Part shown: positions 35,659 through 47,242 of the stretch, piece after piece
Numbering within the stretch: position 1 is the first letter of the stretch
Layout of the letters: every line of letters starts with the position of its first letter
Origin: Mustelus asterias
Lineage: Eukaryota
Direction: 5' to 3'
DNA: 64,000 nucleotides
NCBI RefSeq assembly: GCF_964213995.1
Contig: NW_027590137.1
Coordinates: 806,001 to 870,000 of the forward strand
The notes under the pieces: model-generated
Databases searched by the model: none
What the model saw: only the letters and a program-made list of their open reading frames with translations
What the model was told of the DNA's origin: nothing
Translations under genes and position numbers: made by a program

Positions 35659-36216
35659 AGAACTGAACCCAGACAGAGGAGAGGGAGGGAGAAAACTGGG
35701 AGTGGAGAAAAGAAATGGTGAGATGGGTTTGGATTTCAGCCCAGGGAGGAGGAAGAGTTTGTGGGACAGGAATTTATTGATTTGGGGAACAAGAGAGGAA
35801 GAAATATTCCAGAGAATTAGAATTGCCTGTTCAAAATTTCTATCCTGGACTGACAGTGATTAATTTTGTAAACTCCTTTTACAGGTGAGGTGAAGAAACA
35901 TCACATCAAAATCAGACAGAGTCTCGATTCACTTGGACTTAAATATCCTCAGACTTTGACCGTGGAAGGAGAAATGTTTGTCTTCTGTCTGGAGGAGAAG
36001 ATTTCAAACATCAGCGTGACTGAAAAAGCACCAAGATACACGCACACCTGAGTGAGAGTGTTTCAGTGAATTGACTGTGGAAAGAGCTTTATCCAGTTAC
36101 GCAGCCTTAAAAAACATCACACCATTCACAGCAAGGAGAAACTGTACACGTGTTCTGTGTGTGGATGAGGCTTCAACTGATCGTTTAACCTGGAGAAACA
36201 TAAGGACACCAGCACC

Positions 36217-36723
36217 ATGGAGAAACCGTGGAAATGTGGGGACTGTGGGAAAGGATTCAGTTACCCTTCCCTGCTGGAAAACCATCGGCGCAGTCACACT
36301 GGTGAGAGACCGTTCACCTGTTCTGTCTGTGGGGAGGGATTCATTCAGTCATCTGGCCTTTGGTCTCACCAGAGAATTCACACTGAGGAAAAGTCATTCA
36401 CCTGCACCTCCTGTGGGAAGAGGTTCAGGCATTCTTCAGTACTCACTGTGCACCAACGCACTCACACCGGGGAGAGACCATTCATCTGCTCCGTGTGTGG
36501 GAAGGGATTCACTCAGTCATTCCACCGACTGTCACACCAGCGAGTTCATACTGGGGAGAGGCCGTTCACCTGCTCCGACTGTGGGAAGGGATTCACTCAG
36601 TTATCCAGCCTGCAGAGACACCAGCGAGTTCACACTGGCGAGAGGCCGTTTACCTGCCCTCTGTGTGGGAAGGGTTTCAGCGTTTCATCCCGGCTGCTGA
36701 GACACCAGCAAGTTCACGAGTGA
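36217..36723 (+). CDS. C2H2 zinc-finger protein, 6 fingers (chimeric gene)
   Basis: accATGG start, 168 aa, ends HQQVHE-TGA. Confidence 0.8.
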   Translation: MEKPWKCGDCGKGFSYPSLLENHRRSHTGERPFTCSVCGEGFIQSSGLWSHQRIHTEEKSFTCTSCGKRFRHSSVLTVHQRTHTGERPFICSVCGKGFTQSFHRLSHQRVHTGERPFTCSDCGKGFTQLSSLQRHQRVHTGERPFTCPLCGKGFSVSSRLLRHQQVHE

Positions 36724-36959
36724 TTGCAGGGGTTGGATTCTGCTGTTATTGTTTCTGCTCTCAGTGGCATCCAGGACTGCATTTTGTTCATTCTCACAGT
36801 TGGTCAATGGGAAGGGTCAGAGGGTTTCTTTGTGCTGGACTGGCCGGTCTCAGCCTCCAGTGGGCTGATGTTCTTTGAGTCTTTTTGCGAATACCTGGTT
36901 TCAAATGTCACAAGGATCACAGAGTGACAGGGTGTTCGGAAGTTTAGAGATATTTAGTC

Positions 36960-37428
36960 AGAAGAAAACAGAGGTTGGCAGTGCAAAGGTACATTTCTGA
37001 ATGGAGGGCTGTGACAAGTGACGTTCCTCAGGGATCAGTGCTGGGACTTTTGCTGCTTGTAATATATATAAATGATTTGGAGGAAAATGGAACTGGTTTG
37101 ATTGGCAAGTTTGTGGACGACACAAAGGTTGGTGGAATTGCGGATAGCGATGGGGAGTGGCAGAGGATACAGCAGGATATGGATCATTTGGAGACTTGGG
37201 CGGAGAGATGGCAGATGAAGTTTAATCCGGACAAATGTGAGGTAATGCATTTTGGAAGGTCTAATACAGATGGGAAATATACAGTAAATGGCAGAACCCT
37301 TAAGAGTATTGATAGGCAGAAGGATCTGGGTGTACAGGTACACAGGTTATTGAAAGTGGCAATGCAGGTGGAGAAGGTCGTCAAGAAGGCATACGGCATG
37401 CTTGCCTTCATCGGCCGGGGCATTGAGA
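36960..37428 (+). mobile_element. CR1 RT fragment, part of an inverted segmental duplication
   Basis: Shares private features (MAVQRY, FVD) with 30657-31110. Confidence 0.9.
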
Positions 37429-38625
37429 TTCCTATCCCCATCTCACCTGGAAATGCATTGCTGCAGTCACACTGGGGAGAAACCATTCACCTGCTCCGAC
37501 TGTGGGAAGGGATTCACTCAGTTCACTAACTTGCTGAGACACCAGCAAGTTCACAGTGGGAAGAGGCCAATGACCTCCTCTGAGTGTGGGATGAAACGCC
37601 AGCGAGTTCAGACCGGGGAGAAGCCATTCATTTGCTCCGAGTGTGGGAAGAGATTCTCAAGGTCACCTAACCTGCTCGCACACCAGCGAGTTCACACTGA
37701 GGACAGACCTTTTAAATGCCCAGACTGTGGGAAGTGCTTTAAAAGTGCTGGGGAACTCATGTCCCATCAACGTGTTCACACTGATGAGAGACCTTTCAGA
37801 TGCTCTCAGTGTGGAACTACATTCAGGCAATCAAGTGACCTGTCTGTACACCAGCGCACTCACACTGGGGAGAGGCCATTCTCCTGCTCTCAATGTGGGA
37901 AGAGATTCACTCACTCATCTAGTCTGCAGAGACACCAGCGAGTTCACACTCACGAGAAACCTTACATCTGCTCCAAATGTGGGAAGGGATTCAGTCAGTC
38001 CACCAACTTGCTGACACACCAGCAAGTTCACACGACTGAGAGACCATTTAAATGCCCAGAATGTGGGAAGTGCTATAAAAGTTCTGCAAAGCTGCTGCGC
38101 CATCAACATATTCACACTGATGAGACACCGTTCAGGTGCTCTCACTGTGGGACTGGATTCAAGACATCGCCTGTCCTCACATCACATCAGCGCACGCATA
38201 CTGAGGAGAGACCTTTTAAATGCGCAGAATGTGGGAAATGCTTTAAAAGTTCAGGGGAACTGGTACGTCATCAACGTGTTCACACTGAGGAGAGACCTTT
38301 TAAATGTCCAGACTGTGGGAAGGGCTTTAAAATTTCCAGCAATCTGGTGTCCCATCAACGCGTTCACACTGGGGAGAGACCTTTCAGGTGCTCTGATTGT
38401 GGGACTGCATTCAGAGAATTATGTCACCTCACTGTACACCAGCGCACTCACACTGGGGAGAGGCCGTTCACCTGCTCAGAATGTGGAAAGGGATTCTCTC
38501 ATTCATTCAACTTGCTGATACACCAGCGTGTTCACACTGGGGAGAGGCCGTACACCTGCTCTGTGTGTGGGAAGGGATTCGCTCATTCATCCAATCTGCT
38601 GACACACCAGCGAGTTCACAAGTGA
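37429..38625 (+). CDS. 5'-truncated but stop-free C2H2 array, 13 fingers
   Basis: Open frame 37402-38625; first ATG at 37453; fused directly to CR1 sequence with no acceptor or 5' region of its own. May be a pseudogene. Confidence 0.6.
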   Translation, partial: FLSPSHLEMHCCSHTGEKPFTCSDCGKGFTQFTNLLRHQQVHSGKRPMTSSECGMKRQRVQTGEKPFICSECGKRFSRSPNLLAHQRVHTEDRPFKCPDCGKCFKSAGELMSHQRVHTDERPFRCSQCGTTFRQSSDLSVHQRTHTGERPFSCSQCGKRFTHSSSLQRHQRVHTHEKPYICSKCGKGFSQSTNLLTHQQVHTTERPFKCPECGKCYKSSAKLLRHQHIHTDETPFRCSHCGTGFKTSPVLTSHQRTHTEERPFKCAECGKCFKSSGELVRHQRVHTEERPFKCPDCGKGFKISSNLVSHQRVHTGERPFRCSDCGTAFRELCHLTVHQRTHTGERPFTCSECGKGFSHSFNLLIHQRVHTGERPYTCSVCGKGFAHSSNLLTHQRVHK

Positions 38626-38708
38626 GCGGATTTTGCCATCAATTACATCCAGAAATGAACCATATTTATTGGGCTCTGTTTCTGCTGATGTTAATAAACT
38701 CTTTCTCA

Positions 38709-38981
38709 GGGCGGCATGGTAACAGTTGTTGGCACTGCTGCTTCACGGCGCTAGGGACCCGAGTTCAATTCCAGCCTTGGAATGCCGGATGACTGCGTGG
38801 GTTTCCTCCCACAGTCTAAAGGTTTGTGGGTCAGGTTGATTGGCCATGCTAAGTGGCTCCTCATTGTCAGGGGGATTAGCAGGGCAAATACATGGAGTTA
38901 CGGGGATAGGGCCTGGATGGGATTGTTATCAGTGTATGCTCAATGGGCCAAATGGCCTCCTTCTGCACTTAGGTATTCTAG
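38709..38981 (+). mobile_element. HE1-type V-SINE, CR1-type tail
   Basis: tRNA-like head, partial V-domain, gggccaaatggcctccttctgcac tail. Confidence 0.8.
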
Positions 38982-38995
38982 ATTTGTGTTAAACA

Positions 38996-40280
38996 TCAAA
39001 GAACAAAGAAAATTACAGCACAGGAACAGGCCCTTCGGCCCTCCAAGCCTGCACTGACCATGCTGCCTGACTTAACTAAAACCCCCTACCCTTCCGGGGA
39101 CCATAATCTGTCTATTCCCATCCTATTCAGGGACTTGTCAAGATGGCCCTTAAAAGTCACTACCGTATCCGCTTCCACTATACCCCTGGCAACGTGTTCC
39201 AGGCACCCACTACTCTCTGCGTAACAAATTTGCCTCGTACATCTCCTTTAAACCTTACCCCTCTCACCTTAAACCTATGCCCCCTAGTAATTGACTCTTC
39301 CACCCTGGGAAAAAGCTTCTGACTATCCACTCTGTCCATGCCTCTCATAATCTTGTAGACTTCTATCAGGTCTCCCCTTAACCTCCGTCGCTCCAGTGAG
39401 AACAAACCAAGTTTCTCCAACCCACGGGTCTATCCGAGCACCCAAATACTTCTCGGTTTCGCCTGGGGGGATATAATGCCCTCCATACCAGGCAACATCC
39501 TGGTAAATCTTTTCTATACCCTCTCCAAAGCCTCCACATCCTTCTGGTAGTGTGGCGACCAGAATTGAACACTAGATTCCAAGTGCGGCTTAACTAAGGT
39601 TCTATAAAGCTGCAACATGACTTGCCAATTTTTAAACTCAATATCCCAGCCGATGAAGGCAAGCATGCCGTATGCCTTCTTGACTACCTTCTCCACCTGC
39701 ATTGCCACTTTCAGTGGCCTGTGTACCTGTCCACCCAGATACCTCTGCCTATCAATACTCTTAAGGGTTCTGCCATTTACTGTATATTTCCTATCTGTAT
39801 TAGACCTTCCAAAATGCATTATCTCACATTTGTCCGGATTAAACTTCATCTGCCATTTCTCCGCCCAAGTCTCCAACTGATCTATATCCTGCTGTATCCT
39901 CTGATGGTCCTCATCGCTATCCGCAAATCCACCAACCTTTGTGTCGTCCGCAAACTTACTAATCAATCCAGTTACATTTTCCTCCAAATCATTTATATAT
40001 ATTACAAACAGCAAAGGTCCCAGCACTGATCCCTGAGGAACACCACTTGTCACAGCCCTCTATTCAGAAACACTTCCACTGCTACCCTCTGTCTTCTTTG
40101 ACCGAGCCAGTTTTGTATCCACCTCGCTAGCTCACCTCTGATCCCATGCAACTTCACTTTCTGCACCAGTCTGCCATGAGGGACCTTGTCAAAGGCCTTA
40201 CTGAAGTCCATGTAGACACCATCCACTGCCCTACCCTCATCAATCATCTTCATCACTTCCTCGAAAAACTCGATCAAGTT
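38996..40280 (-). mobile_element. 5'-truncated CR1
   Basis: RT ORF pieces 39178-40277; (AGAACAA) tail; foreign insert at 39423-39473. Confidence 0.92.
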
Positions 40281-40559
40281 CGAAAAATATTCACATCGTG
40301 AATATTTTTAATAGCTCTAGTGCAAGTCAGTTCCTTTCGAAGGGCTCTCCCTCTCCCGTTTCCTCCATCCTCGACTCCAACAACAAGTGTGAGGAGCTCA
40401 TGGAAGTACTTTGTCACTAAGATTGAGATAATCCAATCAGCTGTCTCTGTTGCTTTGCTCCATTCCATTAGCCCAATGGGCCAAACTGTCTCTAAACATC
40501 CCTCTTGTCTGAGCCCCGAATTCCCACTTTTCTTCATCCAGTCTCCACACACACCAGTG

Positions 40560-41230
40560 GGTTCATACTGCAGAGAGAGGATTTAAATGCTGAGACTGTG
40601 ACAGGAGCTTTAAAAACCCACATTCACTGATGGTTTACCAGTGCATTCAGTCCGTTCCACTCCACTCATCTGCTCTCAGTGCAGGGAGAGGTTCAAGCGA
40701 TTGTCCATCCTGCAGCAACAGCAGAGAGTTCACACCAGGGAGAGGTCATTCACCTGCTCCATGTGTGGGAACAATTCACTGATTCATTCGTTTTGTTAAC
40801 ACACCAGTGAGTTCACACTGATGGTATGTGTTTCAAATGTCTGGATTGTGGGAAATGTTTTAAAATTTCTATGAATCTGATGTGCTATCAGCAGGTTCAC
40901 ACTGACAGCAGACCATCCAGAGTCTCTCACTATGGGACTGGGTTCAGCTGGTCATGTGAACTCAGTGTCCACCAGTGCACTCACTCTGGGAGAGGCTGTT
41001 CACTTGCTCCATGTTTAGCAAGAGATTTACTCAGTCATCCCACTTCACTGCACATCAACTTGTTCACACTGATAAGGAACTTTTTCAAACTTCTGACTGT
41101 GAGCAGAGATTTAAATGCAAAATGTATCTGCTGATACACAAACACATTCACAGGGTGTTCACCTGCTCCATGTGAGAAGGGATTCATTTGTTTACCTCAC
41201 ATTCTGACACACCAGCAAGTTCATAAGTTA
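40560..41230 (+). pseudogene. C2H2 ZNF pseudogene
   Basis: Degenerate fingers with stops and frameshifts; conserved 3' UTR motif follows. Confidence 0.85.
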
Positions 41231-42254
41231 CTACAGGGGCTGGATTCTGCTGTTATTGCTGCTGCTGTGAATCACATTCAGGACTGGACTTTGTTCATTC
41301 TGATATTTTGGAATTTGTTTCTAATTATGTTAATAATCCCTGTAACTGGACTGGAGTTTAATATTCTAAATAAATGTGAAATAAAACAGTGATATTTGAA
41401 TACATAGTTGCAGATGTTCATCTTTCCCAGCTGAATGTTTAACATTGCCGGCTGGAGCTCAGAAGGGGCAATCTGGGGGAGGTTCACACAGCAGGAACAG
41501 AACTGCAGTCTGTTCCTGCCATAGGGTCACACTGAGAGGGACAAACAGCACTTTGGACTTTCTCATCTCTCTTCACTGACAGCAAAGTGGGTTAATCCTG
41601 AGGTGTGTAAGAAATGTGTCCCAACTGCTCTTTTCTATAGTCCAGAGCTCCTAGACATGGAACAGAAGGCTCTTTTAAAACTATGTTTCGAGTCAGGTGA
41701 ACAATTCTGAAAGAAAATCAAAATATTACAGATGCTGGAAATCGGAAATAAAAACAAAGCAAGAAAAACTCAGCAGGTTTGGTAGCATCTCTGCAGAAAC
41801 AGAGCAAATGTTTTGGAACTGAAGAGTCATATTGGACTAGAAACATTGACTCTGTTTCTGTCTTTACAAATTCCGTCACAGCTGCCAAGAGTTTGCAAAA
41901 ATTTTGAACAACGGTGAAGGCTGGAAATGTGCTATCAAATCAAAGATTAGTGTGAAACTGGGACGTGTTCCTGACTGAAAGTGAAACAGCAGGTTTTAAT
42001 TTCCAGAAGACAAATGATTGTGGTAATTACACTGCACACTATTTCAAGAAAGGTGTTAAGTAATTTAAAATAAGCCTGTTTAAATATATTTTCATAGAAA
42101 ATAGGAACAGGAGTAAGCCATTCTCGGCCAGGCCAGTCATTCTGATCATGGACCACAAAAGATGTATTTGTATTTGACAACATCAAGTGGCAATGGCGGT
42201 ACCATTACCCAGCGTGCACCGAGAGGGTGACGATACCCTATCTTCAATACAGGA

Positions 42255-42640
42255 GATTATTGCGCAGGCTCAGTGCCTCTCTGACTGGAGCATGCGCAGT
42301 GCGGTATAGGCAGTGGTCGGATGGGGTGGTGTCGGAGCAGCAGGGAGAGTAGAAACTGATTGGAGACACCGGGTGAGTGAGGTTAAATGGAGCCTGAGAG
42401 TCAAAAGGGAGGACTCATAAACACCCGGTATAGGAAGCGGAGCTTTCATAAACATCGGATATTAGCTTCAAACCACAAATAAGACGCCCGAGGCCCTGCC
42501 TGACCGATTTTGCAGTCTCCATCTTTAGAGAAAAATGGGCAGCGTGACCGCCATATTTATTGGGGGCAATGGACAGCAGGGCGGTGGCCATCTTTATAGG
42601 GGGCAATGGGCAACAGCGCGCATGTGCAGCCACCACCTCC
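42255..42640 (+). promoter_or_regulatory. CpG-rich promoter/first exon with NRF1- and YY1-like motifs
   Basis: gcatgcgca, repeated gccat(c/a)ttta, candidate donor gg|gtgagt near 42372; probably drives the exon starting at 47161. Confidence 0.5.
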
Positions 42641-42853
42641 ATAGGAGGCAGTGGGCATTGATTCCAGAAGTTAGTTCCTGGCCTCCAGAATTGGTCTCTT
42701 TTCCATTAAGCCACAGGAACATTGAATTATTGCACTACAGAAAATGACTAACCAGTCATGCATGCGCTGGTTCTCTACAAGGGAATCAGCTCATCCCACT
42801 ACCCTGTCTTTTCACTAACAAGACCAACAGAAAATATTTCCCATCCCCAAAAC

Positions 42854-43177
42854 GGGCGGCGCGGTAGCACAGTGGTTAGCACTGCTGCTTCACAGCTCCA
42901 GGGACCTGGGTTCGATTCCCGGCTTGTGTCACTGTCTCCTCGTGTCTGCGTGGGTTTCCTCCGGGAGCTCCGGTTTCCTCCCACAGTCCAAAGATGTGCG
43001 GGTTAGGTTGATTGGCAATGCTAAAAAAAATTGCCCCTTAGTGTCCTGGGATGCGTAGATTTGAGGGATTAGCGGGTAAAATATGTAGGGATATGGGGGT
43101 AGGGCCTTGGTGGGATTGTGGTTGGTGCAGACTCGATGGGCCGAATGGCCTCTGTTTGTGCTGTACGGTTTCTATGA
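42854..43177 (+). mobile_element. HE1-type V-SINE, CR1-type tail
   Basis: ggtagcacagtggtt A box, ggttcgattcc B box, V-domain and gatgggccgaatggcct tail. Confidence 0.9.
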
Positions 43178-43233
43178 AATTACCTGTGGAGAAGATTATG
43201 TTTTATCTTCTTGAAGAAAAAAAAAGGACCTCA

Positions 43234-43519
43234 CACGGGGTGGCACAGTGGCACATAGCTGCCTCACAGCGCCAGGGACCCGGGTTCGATTCCTGGCTTG
43301 AGTCTGTGTGCAATTTGTATGTTCTTCCTGTGTCTGCGTCGGTTTCCTCTGGGTGCTCTGATTTTCTCCCACAGTCCAAAAGACGCGCTGGTTAGGTGCA
43401 TTGCCATGCTAAAGTTGTCCCTTCGTGCACCCGAACAGGTGGTGGAATGTGGCGACTAGGGGATTTTCACAGTAACTTCATTGCAGTATTAATGTAATCC
43501 TACTTGTGACACCAATAAA
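43234..43519 (+). mobile_element. V-SINE with an alternative (non-CR1) tail
   Basis: Same head and body, but ends cagtaacttcattgcagtattaatgtaatcctacttgtgacaccaataaa. Confidence 0.8.
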
Positions 43520-43609
43520 CAAAAAACAGCTGCAGTCCATGTGGTGAAGGTGCTCCCCTTTAGGTCAAGAGTTACAGGCTATTCACCCAGTGATGAAGGA
43601 GGGACAGTG

Positions 43610-44190
43610 ATACATCTCCAAATCAATAATTACAATGTGTATTTATACAGCATCTTTCATGTACTGGAGCATTCTGAGGCGTTTCTCAGGTGTGTTATAA
43701 AGCAACATTTGACAGTCATGTGAGCAGACATGAGGGTGGATGGGTGAAGGCTTGGTTAAAGAGGTAGTTTTAATGAGTATCTTAAAGGGGGGAAGGATGA
43801 CACAGAGGGGGAGCAGTTTAGGGGGAAATTCCAAAGATTATGGCCTTGGTAACTGGGAGTGCGGACACGTATGATGGAGTGATTAAAACTGTGAATGCTG
43901 AGGAAGCCGGAATGAAAGGAATGCTGAGATATTGGAGGGTTGTGAGGCGAGAGGAGATTACAGAGATAGGGAGGGGTGAAACCATGGAGGTACTTGAGGA
44001 CAAGGATGAGAAATTTAAAATGTTGATTCATAAACAGGAGCCTTTGTAGCACAGGGGTGGTGGGTGAACAAGATTTGGAATGAGTAAACATGTGGGCAGC
44101 AGAATTGTGATGACCTCAAGTTAATAGACAGGTTGAGTGAGGGAGACCGGCCAGGGGTGTGTTAGAATTATTAAGTCTAATGGTAACAAG
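43610..44190 (-). mobile_element. L2-like 3' fragment (continues about 46745-47000)
   Basis: FKFLILVLKYLHGFTPPYLCNLL, typical of an L2 ORF2 C-terminus. Confidence 0.65.
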
Positions 44191-46740
44191 CACTCAGATC
44201 GTGCATGGATCAGCTGGCGGGGGTATTCGCCGACATCATCAACCTCTCTTTACAACAATCTGAGGTCCTATCTGCTTCAAGAAGATGACCATCATCTCAG
44301 TACCAAAGAAAAGCCAGGCAGCGTGCCTTAATGACTATCATCCGGTGGGTCTAACATCCATCATTATGAAGTGCTTCGAAAGGTTAGTCATGGTACGAAT
44401 CAATTCCAGCCTCTCGGACTGCCTGGATCCACTACAGTTCACCTACCGCCCAACAAGTCCACAGCAGACACCAATTCCCTGGCTCTGCACTCAACCCTGG
44501 AACATCGAGATTACAAAGACAGTGATGTCAGACTCCTATTTATTGACTACAGTTCAGCCTTCAACATCATTATTCCCACGAAACTCATCTCCAAACTCCG
44601 TGGCCTGGGTCTCGGTATCTCCCTCTGCGACTGGATGCTGAACTTCCCACAGACCACAATCAGTAAGGACAGGCAACAACACCTCCTCCACGATCATCCT
44701 CAACACCGGTGCCCCACAAGGCTGTGTTCTCAGCCCCGACTATACTCCTTATACACCTATGACTGTGCGGCTAAATTTCCCTCCAAGTCGATTTTCAGGT
44801 TTGCTGGTGACACCACCGTAGTGGGTCGGATCTCCAACAATGACAAGACAGAATACAGGAATGAGATAGAGAATCTATTGAACTGGTGCAGTAACAATAA
44901 TCTCCCCCTCATTGTAAACAGAAATGAAGGAGATTGCCATCGACATAAGGAAACATAGTGGAGAACGTGTCCTGTCTACATCAACGGGGATGAAGTAGAA
45001 ATGGTCGAAAGCTTCATGTTTTTAGGTGCCCAGATCATTAACAACCTGTCCTGGTCCCTCCAAGCCAACACTATAGTTAAGAAAGCCCACCAACACCTCT
45101 ACTTTCTCAGAAGACGAAGGAAAATCTCGCAGGATCCAGGGTGAGGTAGCTAAATGGATACAAAATTGGCTTGATGACAGAAGCCAGAGGGTAGTTGTAG
45201 AGGGTTGTTTTTCAAACTGGAGACCTGTGACCAGCGGAGTGCCTCAGGGATCGGTGCTGGGTCCATTGTTATTTGTCATTTATATGAATGATTTGGATGA
45301 GAATATAAGAGGCATGGTTAGTAAGTTTGCAGATGACACCAAGATTGGTGGCATAGTGGACATTGAAGAAGGTTATCTCGGATTGCAACGGGATCTTGAT
45401 CAATTGGGTCAGTGAGCCGACGAATGGCAGATGGAGTTTAATTTAGATAAATGCGACGTATTGCATTTTGGTAGATTGAACCAGGGCAGGACTTACTCAG
45501 TTAATGGTAGGCCATTGGGGAGAGTTACAGAACAAAGAGATCTAGGGGTACAGGTTCACAGCTCATTGACAGTGGAGTCACAGGTGGACAGAGTGGTGAA
45601 GAAGGCATTCGGCATGCTTGGTTTCATTGGTCAGAACATTGAATACAGGAGTTGTTGAAGTTGTACAAGACATTGGTTAGGCCACACTTGGAATACTGTG
45701 TTCAGTTCTGGTCACCCTATTATAGAAAGGATATCATTAAACTCGAAAGAGTGCAGAAGAGATTTACTAGGATGCTACCGGGACTTGATGGATTGAGTTA
45801 TAAGGAGAGCTGGATAGACTGGGACTTTTTTTCTCTGGAGCGTAGAAGGCTGAGGTGTGATCTTATAGAGGTCTATAAAATAATGAGAGGCATAGATGAG
45901 CTAGATAGTCAATATCGTTTCCCAAAGGTAGGGGAGTCTAAAACTAGAGGGCATAGGTTTAAGTTGAGAGGGGAGAAATACAAAAGGATCCAGAGGGGCA
46001 ACTTTTTCACACAGAGGGTGGCGAGTGTCTGGAACAAGCTGCCAGAGTAGAGGCGGGTACAATATTGTCTTTTAAAAACCGTTTAGACAGTTACATGGGT
46101 AAGATGGGGAAAGAGGGATAAGGGCCAATTGCGGGCAATTGGGACTAGCTTAGCAGTTTTTTAAAAAGCGCAGCATGGCAATTTGGGCCTAAGGGCCTGT
46201 TTCCATGAGGTAAACCTGTATGACTATGAAATTTGGCATGTTAGCTGTGACTTTCACCAACTTTTACAGATGCACCATAGAAAGAATTAGCATCAGCTTG
46301 GTATGGCTCCTGCTCTGCCCAAGACCGCAAGGAACTACAGAAGGTCATGAATGTAGCCCAATCCATCACTCAAACCAGCCTCCCATCCATTGACTCTGTC
46401 TACACTTCCCGCTGCCTCGGCAAAGCAGCCAGCTTAATTAAGGACTCCATGCACCCCGGACATTCTCTCTTCCACCTTCTTCCGTCGGGAAAGAGATACA
46501 AAAGTCTGAGGTCACGTACCAACCGACTCGAGGACAGCTTCTTCCCTGCTGCCATCAGACTTTTGAATGGACCTACGTTGCATTAAGTTGATCTTTCTTT
46601 CCACCCTAGCTATAACTGTAGCACTACAGTCTCGTTTCCTTCTCTATGAACGGTATGCTTTGTCTGTATAGCACACAGGAAACAATACTTTTCACTGTAT
46701 GTTAATACATGTGACAATAATAAATCAAATCAAAACAAAA
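44190..46740 (+). mobile_element. Rex1/Babar-clade LINE 3' part, interrupted by CR1
   Basis: [43 protein letters not shown]; tail gtgacaataataaatcaaatcaaa. Confidence 0.85.
45126..46228 (+). mobile_element. 5'-truncated CR1 nested in Rex1
   Basis: [14 protein letters not shown] pieces 45227-46050; 3' end tatgactatga. Confidence 0.9.
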
Positions 46741-47242
46741 CAAAGGAATGGGTGATGGTTTCAGCCGCAGATGAACTGAGAGTAGACTGGAGTTGGGTGA
46801 TGTTACTGAGGTGGAACTGGTCTTGGTAATGATGTGGATTTGTGGTCAGATTCTCAGGTTGGGTGAAATATTTTGCTCTGGTTGTGAACAGTCTGGCTCC
46901 GTCTCAGACAGTTTCCGAGGAGAGGGATGGAGTCAATGGGTAGAATTTGTAGCAGAGAGCGGTGACAATAACTGCACTTTTCCCAGGATTAAAATGGAGG
47001 AAAATTCTAGCCCAGAGCTGGAGAGATTTTTCAGGGAATCAAAGGATTCGGGGAGGGGGTGGGAAATTGGAGGTAAAACCAGCTCAATTTCACAACCTGC
47101 CTTTCTGTTTTTGAGAGTTCTCTCTCACTCCCTTTTTCCTGTTTTAAATCAATTTCACAGGGCGTTAGAAGGGGAAGATTTGCAGTCAGGGAAACTGAAA
47201 CCAAACATCACATCAGGATCTGAATATCATCGGGTTTTTAAC

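Noticed and set aside
36061-36180. TGA in place of a finger Cys (also 22038, 51408, 54145), suggesting selenocysteine zinc fingers or readthrough
   Set aside because: The same leader has other stops and frameshifts, the conserved downstream stop alternates between TGA and TAA, and I see no SECIS-like AUGA/AA/GA pattern in the 3' UTR.
42854-42930. tRNA genes
   Set aside because: The A and B boxes belong to SINE heads; there is no complete cloverleaf.
46793-47160. Apparent novel N-terminal domain on the 495-aa ZNF ORF
   Set aside because: It begins at TTG in L2-derived sequence and runs through a polypyrimidine tract and acceptor, so it is intronic.
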